A stretch of DNA of 63,900 bases, filler included, from Olpidium bornovanus S191 (Eukaryota; Fungi; Olpidiomycota), in the NCBI GenBank assembly GCA_017911155.1. It is 30 parts of 30 records of this genome, joined end to end, with 100 filler letters (N's around TTAATTAATTAA, not from the genome) between each part and the next. Parts side by side here need not be neighbours in the genome. Positions count along the whole stretch, not along the records: positions 55,034 to 57,638 come from JAEFCI010004975.1; positions 57,739 to 59,713 come from JAEFCI010008212.1; positions 59,814 to 61,065 come from JAEFCI010002647.1; positions 61,166 to 62,166 come from JAEFCI010012336.1; positions 62,267 to 63,900 come from JAEFCI010008235.1; 25 more parts are not named here. One strand, given 5' to 3'. The notes beneath the pieces were generated by a model, which was not told the origin of the DNA, did not search any database, and saw only the letters and a program-made list of their open reading frames with translations. A program made the translations under genes and the position numbers. Shown one piece after another: positions 55,034 through 63,900 of the stretch; the first letter of the stretch is position 1; each line of letters begins with the position of its first letter.

Positions 55034-57450
55034 GGCGGCGGCGGCGGTCTGCTCGACGACGGCGCCTCCAGCCCCCCGCGCCCGCGCGCCTTCGCCGACC
55101 GCCTGAAGCCGTTCGCGTGCCCCGCGAACTGGGCGGGCAGGTCCGCGGCGGCGGTGGCGGCGGCGGCGTTGGACGCCGCGGAACGGAGTCCGCCGCGGCG
55201 CGCCCGGGCCGCGCCGCCGCCCGACGTCTCGAGTCCGCCGCCGGCCAGGGCGACGCGGCGCACGCCCCGCGTGACGAGCGACGGTTCCGACGAGGACGAC
55301 GGCGACCGCGCCCCGCCGCCGCCGCCGCCGCCGCCGCCGCCCAAGAAGAGGCGGAGGCTGGTGACGCTGTCCGAGCTCAAGAGCCGCGAGGCGAGCGCCG
55401 CCGCCTCGGAGAGCGAAGACTCCGCTGCCGCCGGCGCGGACCCCCGGGAGGCCGACGCGCGCGGGAGAGCGGACGCGGCCGCCGAATCGCCCGCGGCGGG
55501 CGACGAGCCGCCGGCCACGCCCCCTTCGCAGAACAGCTCCGCCGCGCTGCCTGCTGACGGGTCGCCCCCGCCGCCCTCGCCGTTCCGCGCCGACCTCACG
55601 GACGAGTGGAGGCCGCCGGCGAGTCCTCTCCGCGACGAAAGCTCGTCGGGAGGAGAGACATCTGCGGGGGAGGCGCTCGAGTCGTCCACCCTCAGGTTTT
55701 TTTCGGAAGCCGCGGCGGAGGAGATCATGGAGTTCACCGGCTGCGGGTTGGAGCAGGCCAACGAGATCATCTCCATGAGACCGTTCGGCTCGCCGAACCC
55801 GCAGTTCGGGCCGGGTGACGGCGGCCGAGTCGAACGGCTCCGAAAAGCTTTCCGCGGCTGCCGGGCAAAGGGCGTGTCCCCCAGGTTGATCGACGTTTAT
55901 CAAGTCACGAGCGTCGCCTACAGGGAAGTGGACCGCTTGATTCGGAAGTGCGAAAAAATCGGCGCGGAGATCAGCCGGGTGCTAGATTCCTGGGCGAGCG
56001 GCGGTCTCGCCGCGAACGACGACAACGGCGAAGGCGGGCTGCACATCACGTCCATGGCCGCCGACGGGTCCGGCGAAACGGCGGATGGTTTCCGGCCGAT
56101 CAAGGAACAGCCGCCGACAGTGGCTTTGCCCTTGAAAGGATACCAGCTCGTCGGTGAGGCCTGCCCTGCAAAAGCTTTGCGTGAATCGGTGTGCGCCGAG
56201 CCGGTTCGTGCCGTAACCGTCCCCCGTCTGCAGGGGTCAACTGGCTTGCTTTTCTTCACCACCGTCGATTGTCGGGAATCCTTGCCGACGAGGTAACGCG
56301 AAGTGATTTTTTTTTAAGCGGGCGTCCTTTTGGCGTACGCGTTGATTTTGGACATTTCCTGCTGGTAAAAATCGTTTCCTGCAACAGATGGGGTTAGGAA
56401 AGACCTGCCAGGTAACGACCTAGATCGTGTGCGAGAGTTCTGCTGGCGATCAAGAGAACCTGAACGCGGCTCACCGTCCGTAAAAGGTCATCAGTTTCCT
56501 GGCGAACCTGTACAGTCAAGGCCGCGAAGGGCCCCATCTGGTCGTCGTGCCGTCCTCAACTTTAGGTATTTATTGATCTTGTCGCGGCGCGCCCAGTGAA
56601 TACTATATAATACGGACAATTCCCGTGCTTTCTGTCGTTCCAGAAAACTGGCTCCGCGAATTTGACAAGTTTGCTCCGTCCGTTCCAATTCGATCGTACT
56701 ACGGTTGGTGACATCACGACAAGAACGTTTAGTCCTCTTGCTACAAACGTTAACGTTCACGAAACTTTCTGGTTTTGATTTTGTCTAGGTAATCAAAGAG
56801 TGGAACTCCGAGCTGACCTGGAATTCGAACCCGACTCTTTTTACGTCCTGATTACGACGTAGGCTTTAAGTTGGAGCCCGCCGGTTGCCGTCGCCGCCGG
56901 TGGGACATTTCTAACGCGCGGGGCTGTAAATTTGAAGGTACAACATGGCGGTTGGGAAAGGCGACCGGAAGTTTCTGCGGCACCTGAATTTCAAGGTGAC
57001 GGCTCTGTCATAGCCTGAATTCGTAACGGCGCCCCTTTCCCCTACTATTGCGCTTGTCATGCTGATATCATGATGTTACTCGTAGAGCATGGTTTTGGAC
57101 GAGGGCCATCTCGTGAAAAACATGGTACGGGTCACGCCGAACCTTATCCGAGCTTCGCGTTATTATTTCTTTTCACGCTTTCGTTTCCGTGGGCAGGCCA
57201 GCTCCCGCTATAAGGAGCTGATGCGGATCAAGGTGATCAAGCCTTCTGACGTACCTTGAGCTCGTCTGCGCTCACGATTCTGACTTGCAGTGCGTTCCCT
57301 CAGGCGCCATTTAGGCTACTCTTGACGGGGACACCGCTGCAGGTACGGGATAAGCGGTTCAGATCCAATTACGCTGCGCCGTCGCGCTCTAAATCTCCAG
57401 TTTAACTAACTCTTCGTTCTTTCTTCCAGAATAACCTTCAGGAGCTGATG
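55034..57450 (+). CDS. FUN30: Fun30/SMARCAD1/Fft SNF2-family chromatin remodeller, partial (N-terminus to mid-ATPase), about 11 exons
   Basis: LKGYQLVGVNWLAFLH...GILADE | MGLGKTCQ | VISFLA...GPHLVVVPSSTL | ENWLREFDKFAP...VLDEGHLVKNM | ASSRYKELMRIK | APFRLLLTGTPLQ | NNLQELM. The upstream YREVDRLIRKCEKIG segment is typical of fungal Fun30. Confidence 0.93.
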
Positions 57451-58360
57451 GTACGCGTCCCTGATTTTTGCAGGCGCGTCTCACTTTCGCACTGTTGACC
57501 TGTCGCTTACAATGGGGCATGCAAATGGCACGCTTGCAGAAAGTTACAGACAACAACAAGTAGAGGACACACAGGAAGACACACAGGAAGAGCTTGAAGA
57601 CTGTGAGGTTCCACAACCACAGTTCCTGTCTGACTGGANNNNNNNNNNNNNNNNNNNNNNNNNNNNNNNNNNNNNNNNNNNNTTAATTAATTAANNNNNN
57701 NNNNNNNNNNNNNNNNNNNNNNNNNNNNNNNNNNNNNNGTCGATATCGAGAATATCCGAACGCGGGCGAGGTTTTTATTGAGATTGGAGGTCTCCGTCGC
57801 GATTTTCGTGGTATCCGGAGAGGTGTTAAATCGGCGCGTTTCGCACCTTGCAAAAGCCCGATCTAGCTGTCCAGGTACTTCAGAGGTCCTGGACGGCGCG
57901 ACCTAGACCTCTGGAGCTGCGTCGGTAGGGGTCTAATTATGCAAGGAGTAACCGTCTCAAGGGGATGACGTTTTGCGGGTAGCATGGGGTTGACATGGTG
58001 CGCGCATGGGCGTTTCATTTACAGTGATATATGATTGGTACATTTATGATACAACAAAAGAGATTTTTTTTTTTCTCGATTTTTTTTTCCCCTCGCCCTC
58101 CCCCCCCTCCCACTTCCCCCACTCCCCCCGGCCTCTTAATAAAACTCCCCTTTCCCCGCGCGCGCGCTTCACAAAGAAAAAAAAAAAAAAAAGAAAAAAA
58201 AAAAAAAAAATTCATCCGTCGGGCTTTTTTTCCTCCCAGGCGGGCCACACCACACACTTCCCGCCCCTCCCTTACCCTCACCCGACCAAACTCCCCGCCA
58301 GAAGGAAGAAAAAAAGAAAAGAGGAGAGACGCAGGAAGGGCAGAGGCCGCAAAAGAGACC

Positions 58361-59200
58361 ATGGAGAAGTACAAGGAGGTGCGTCGGAGTGCTCGTGGCG
58401 AGGAAAAGAAAAATGCTCCTACTACCTCCCGAGAGAAAGGGGGAGGGGAGGGGGGGGGGGGGGAAGGGGAAGGGGGGGGGGGGGGGGGGGGGGGAGAAAG
58501 AGAAAGAGAGAGAGAGAGAGAGAGGACGAAAGCGTCTGAGCTGCCCGGTGAAACAGGAGGGGGGACGGCCGGGCTGCTGCCGGGGGGTTTGACGGCCGGT
58601 TGCTTAGCCCCACCCACGTCCCCCTCTCCCTCGGGGGAAGTCGGACTGCTGGGACCTGGGGGAGGTGGGGGGGGGGGAGATGCGGGCGAGGGGGCAAGGC
58701 CGGACGCTTTTTCGCTCGACGCTTCCGCGGACGGCCGTCCCGGCGAACGAGACGGGAAGATCATCCCGCTCGGGGGTGAAGGGCGGGGGGGGGGGGCAAA
58801 CCGTTTTCTGAGCGAGAGGCGGCGTCGCAGAAGGGCCGCGGCGGCGGGGCCCACGGAACACTGCGGAAGACAGAACCGGGCGCCGCTTTTGGCCTCAAAG
58901 TGGAAAAAAAGTCGCCGGTTCGCCGGACGAACACCGATCATCCCATTCCGCCACCAAGACACACGCGCGCGCGCGGGCATGCGCACTTGACGCCGGCCCC
59001 CTCCCCCCCTCCCCTTCCTCCCCATAACCACACCACATCCACCGCCACCACTACACCCCGTGGCCGCTCCCTGGACGTTTTTGTCGCGGATCCTGGTTGA
59101 TCTTAGCGAAGCGCTCGCGGGTCGGGCCGCCTTCGCCGGAGAAACTTCTGGTTTCCTTTTTTTTTACTTATCGTACTGACAAACCTGCTGGCCTCGGTCT

Positions 59201-59232
<32 letters not shown>

Positions 59233-59636
59233 TGGGCGGCCCCTTCGCTCTCTCCTCGCCCCTCGCATCCTCCTTCCCTCCCCGACTCCGCCGCGGTCCC
59301 TTGCGTTGTCACAAACAAAAAAAATAACCAGAAACTCTACGCACTCCGCCACGAGGCAGACGCCGCCATCGCTCGGGCTGAGGCGGCCGAGAAGGAACTG
59401 GCGGCCCTCAAGGCCCAGCAGGGCGGGAGCGACACCGAGGTGACCGCGCTCAAGAACAAGATCGTCCTCCTCGAGCAGGAGCTCGACCGCGCAGAGTCCC
59501 GGGTCACCAAGTCCAAGAGCTCGGCCGAAGTCGCCGAGAAAAACGCCGCCGACGTCGAGGTCCTCCAGAGGAAGATATCTACGCTGGAGAGCAACCTCGA
59601 GACTTCCGAGAACAGCCTGAAGGAGACCACGGCAAA
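58361..59636 (+). CDS. TPM1: Fungal-type tropomyosin, 5' part; exons 58361-58378 and 59332-59636
   Basis: MEKYKE | KLYALRHEADAAIARAEAAEK...ALKNKIVLLEQELDRAE...LQRKISTLESNLETSENSLKETTAK; continuous heptads, Cdc8/Tpm1-like. Confidence 0.92.
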
Positions 59637-60849
59637 GTGAGGAAACGGGGGCGGGGGGGGGGGGGGGGGTTTTTCCCCGGGGGGGGGGGGGGGGGGGGGG
59701 GGGTGGCTTCCACNNNNNNNNNNNNNNNNNNNNNNNNNNNNNNNNNNNNNNNNNNNNTTAATTAATTAANNNNNNNNNNNNNNNNNNNNNNNNNNNNNNN
59801 NNNNNNNNNNNNNCACGTCGAGCAGCTGCCGAAGGTCGCAGTCGCGGAAGGCGGAGGCGATCTCGCTTTTGGAGGACATTGCGTAGCCCACCGATCCCAC
59901 GGTGAGACCCACTAACGGGTCGGCTATCCTGCGGAGGACGTCAGAAAAACCGGGGCCTCAGTTGCCGGAGAGAAGAGAGAGGGAGAAAGAGAGAGAAAGA
60001 AAGGGAGAGAAAACGAAAAGGGGAGTGGTTAGGGGTGGGGTGTGCGGGTGGGGGGGCGGAGGCAGGTGGTGGCGATACGTGCGCAGTACACGCTGGGGAG
60101 GCGGGGGTGGCGGGGGTGGCGGGGGCCAACTCACGGTCCGAAGATGTACTTGAACTCCGCCTGCTCCGGCAGCTGCGGCGACGGTTTGGCCCGCGCGCCG
60201 TCACGGCCGGCCAAACCCAGCGTGGCGCGTAGTCCCTGGCCGACAGCGGCCATATTCCTTCTTCCAAACCAGCTCCCGGCGGGATTATTACGGGGTTCTG
60301 CGGGTGGCCGTTGCTGGTGGCGATCGTGTGCGACGGACGAGGACATTCCAGGACGCTGGCCGGCCCGGCATCGGACCACGTGACGTATCTGGCCGGAAAA
60401 GAAAATAAAATGGGATTTCCGAGCCGGGAAGGTGAGGGGGGCGGGGGAGGTTTCACGGGCGCGTGCCAAAAAAAACTTCTCGCCCACCTGGTGCAACTCG
60501 TCGCCTCCTCTTCCCGCCCCTGCTCTCCCCGTTCCCAAAGCGCGGAAATCTATAATTTTTGAGTATACAAATTTTAGTTCGTACAAATTCACACGAACTC
60601 AAACGCTACGAACTCAAGCAAAAAAAAGAGCCCCGTTGAAGTAAAGAGCGAGGGAAGCAAAAAGCGGTGACTCATTTTCATCTGCGAACGTCAAGAAAAA
60701 ACTATAAATAAATCTATGTACACGTCTACATGAGCCAATTTTTTTCTGATAAAAAGTTGGTATGATACTACTAAGTTTTGAGAGTGCTAGCAATTTCTAA
60801 TGGTAAGGATAATCGTTGCGTAGGTGTCATCCATTGCGGGCAAGAGCCC

Positions 60850-61065
60850 TTTGGGTGGTATGAAAGGGCCTGGTAAAATCCGCGTCCTGGATTACTAGCA
60901 AATCAGTCATGATTCTGCTGTTGCCTCATCCAATCTCTAATTCGCAGGCTGCACATGATGGAAGATTGCCTCGCATTCCAATAATCTGCACTGATATGCC
61001 TGTGGGGTGCTTTGTTTTCTTTTCTGGCTTCCTCACAGGCAGTAACGTGGCCTTAATTTCTTCAG
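60850..61065 (-). mobile_element. Possible degenerate gypsy aspartic protease C-terminal half
   Basis: SVQIIGMRG...ELEIG*GNSRIMTDLLVIQDADFTRPF resembles retropepsin (V.LLV...DF...GRPF); the catalytic motif is not visible. Confidence 0.3.
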
Positions 61066-63900
61066 NNNNNNNNNNNNNNNNNNNNNNNNNNNNNNNNNNN
61101 NNNNNNNNNTTAATTAATTAANNNNNNNNNNNNNNNNNNNNNNNNNNNNNNNNNNNNNNNNNNNNACATGCACCTTTGGCGCTCGTATCTGCCTTTTCCG
61201 CGGTGCAAGCTTTGCGAGAGGCGTGCGTGTCTCTCTCACCCGCGGGCCGCGCGGTTTTCCGGTTGTTGCCCGCGTGTGCGGAGCCGGCAATTCGCGTCGT
61301 CGCGAGGTGGTCCTGGCGAGAGCCGCGAGTGTCACTCTCGCCGTGGTCATTTTTCGCAGCCTCCGTGTGCGGGGAAGCCTTCGGTTCGGAAGGCGATAAC
61401 TTGCGGAGCAGATTTCGCGCGTGGACCGACAATTGCTTTGCACATACACTTGTCGTGGCCAAGACGCCCACGCGTGAACAAAGCTAGTCCACGGACGCGC
61501 TCGCGTTCGAGAATTTCCTGGAAGGATTATCTTAAAGGGGTTCCCCCCCCCCCCCCCCCCCCCTTCCCGTTTATGCGGTTATTGGGCTCTCTCCCGGAAA
61601 AAAAAGGGGGGTTGTCAAACACCATCCACGTAGTGTGCAACGGTCTCTGAGTTGCCGGCTAAGTTTTGACATTCCGAGACGTGCAACGGCTGCGACTTTG
61701 GTAAGTAACGTATTACCGAGCGGGTTGTCGTTTTCCGGAAGTTTGAGTTTGATGGCACATTCTCGAATTTGGGGTGCATTATGGACAATCACCGTATGCC
61801 ATAGAAACAATTCCTTTCGTTCCGGAAATCTGCGTCGCCTTGAGTAAAAAATATGCCTGAAATAAACCGTAAAAATCGTAAAAATCACCCGCGGATTCTT
61901 TGACATTTACGCCGACGACTACGAAAACCCCAAATTTCCCTATGCGGCAGCGAATATTCGCGATGATTCAGACGGAGTGCGCACCGTGCTGCACGGGACC
62001 CCGCGCGGGGTTCTGCTAGTAGAGCCAGAAAGCGGGCAATGCGCGCATGACAAACGCAGGCTACAAGCAGGCCGCGCGGAGGTGCGCCCCAAAATCCGTA
62101 TCCGCAGCCTGACAGGAAGGGCTTGCCTGGCGGCATATGGAAAAATCCTCGGCACATAACAGGAGTNNNNNNNNNNNNNNNNNNNNNNNNNNNNNNNNNN
62201 NNNNNNNNNNTTAATTAATTAANNNNNNNNNNNNNNNNNNNNNNNNNNNNNNNNNNNNNNNNNNNNATCATGCGGCACGCAGCTGGTCCGGTGGTTCGAG
62301 ATTCTCGTATTCTCGGCCGAAGTTTGCTCCTTCGCCGTTTTCTCGTCGATCCTGCGTTGGCGCACGTTTTTGGGACCGCCCGGCCGTCTTAGCCCCGGCC
62401 CCCGCCGGATCGCCGGGACGGACGGCGACCGGGCGTCGTCGGTTTCTGCGGCATTGTCCGTTCGCGTGCCGGAACCTCACGATTTTTTTTTTCCGTCTGA
62501 CGGTGATCAATTTGGGTGTCTCCGATTGGTTGTGTGACCGGCGCTCACCGGGGGAGGTGGGGGAAGGTGAAAGTCCCGAAAAGTCCTAACCGAGAAGCTA
62601 GGAGACTATTGAAAAAACTCCGGGAATTTCCTACCGGATTTTCCGCGGAGATCCTTGTGCGGCCGGACCGCCGATCACTCTTAGTCCTGATGCCTACGCA
62701 AACCGGCAGGGGCAGGATAATTTTGCCGGGCTCTGCGACTCTGCCGTGTTTCCGACCGAGGAAAACTTGCGGCTTTCGCGCTCCGCGCGAGGCTCGGCAC
62801 GGGGGAGGGCATCTAGCTTGCTGCTGGTTTGACTCGACTAATGCAATAGGGGCTGCTGATCCACCAAACGCGGTCGGCACTTAAATGTCATTAGCTCGAA
62901 GTACTAGCGGTTCCGTGTGAAGAGAGACGCGTCGCCGTTCAATGACTCGCGCATTTATACGCCTTTTTCACATTTCGGGCGACGAATGTTTGCAGCGCCT
63001 CCGTACTAGTCAGGAGAAACATCATCAAACTGTTCCCGGCCTTCGTGGCAATGGTCGCCATGAGATCACCACACTCTCTAATTGTCATGCATTGATGCGC
63101 CAGTCGCGCTTTTGCCGCAGGCTGCTAGGGCCGTTCTGTCTTTACAAGAGAGCCCTCCGTATCCTCCCAACACTCCAACAACCTCCATGTCAACTTCGTG
63201 CCAAACCTTCAACAACGTCAGTGCTAACTTTATGCCAAAATGACTTTATGTGTAAAATGCCGAATGCGTTATTATTAACTCAGCGTTATATTTCACAGGA
63301 CTTTAGCCATTATCGATGGCTCCTTATGTAGGTCCTGGACCGCAAGACTTCCCCGGGAGTGTCTAATTTGACTGCGTAACCCGAGGGCTCTTGCCAAGGA
63401 GCATTCTGTGCCGTACCATGACGGTGCATACCAGCAACGTGCGCCAAAGGACGTAGAAAGCAAACAAAGCACCTGTCGTCGCCGCAGAACCTTGGGGGAC
63501 CGTTGTGGAGCTCGAGAGCATGTCGCCCTTCGCGGGGGGGTGGAGGGGGGAGGGAGAAGGAATGGGGGGGCGTACGGGGAAGGGGGAGGCGGGGGGGGGG
63601 GCTCCGAGTCAAATCGAATTTTGCAACGTGTGTAGAAGTCGGGAAATGCTTTCGTGCTAGCAGGAAGCTCTGGACTACATGCAAATTAGGAGAGGCCCTG
63701 CGAAACAAAAGCGTTTGAAAGGCAGAGATTGTGGATAGCGTGCCGTGATGTTGGCAGATCAAAAGAGTTTGCGACATGGCATGCGGTGGAGTGGAGATGA
63801 AAGAAAGTGGGGAATGGAGGATGAGACCGGGTTGGTGGATTGCGAAGATACGGAAATGCTGGTTGGCGACAGCGACGAAGCCGCGAGGAGAGCGAGCGCA

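Noticed and set aside
59814-60300. Possible minus-strand spliced gene (…GSVGYAMSSKSEIASAFRDCDLRQLLDV)
   Set aside because: Could not establish a consistent exon phase or recognise a family.

Overview
This is not a contiguous locus. It is 30 short contigs (about 1-5 kb) joined by an artificial 100-nt spacer (44 N + TTAATTAATTAA + 44 N), so neighbouring contigs imply no synteny. The DNA is GC-rich, CpG-rich and intron-dense (GT-AG introns with CTAAC/CTGAC branch points) and clearly eukaryotic. Fungal-type genes (tropomyosin, class V myosin, Acl4, Fun30) occur alongside cilium genes (PACRG, TMEM216). Several genes usually associated with animals and absent from yeasts are also present: INTS9, PPP1R21/FERRY, an FRMD8-like gene, a PCAF-N-type Gcn5 and an SLX4IP-like gene. 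I infer a flagellated, early-diverging (zoosporic) fungus such as an Olpidium-like or chytrid lineage; this is not verified. Other content: tRNA-Val(AAC), a U2 snRNA, many decayed Ty1/copia, Ty3/gypsy and pogo elements, a PCK1 pseudogene with four premature stops, an intronless STAND/Crinkler-like P-loop NTPase, and a small secreted Pro-propeptide/GYGK-repeat protein. About a third of contig ends, and several internal sequence switches, fall on CATG. This points to NlaIII-type cutting and re-ligation, so some contigs are probably chimeric. All family assignments come from motif recognition by eye; no searches were run.
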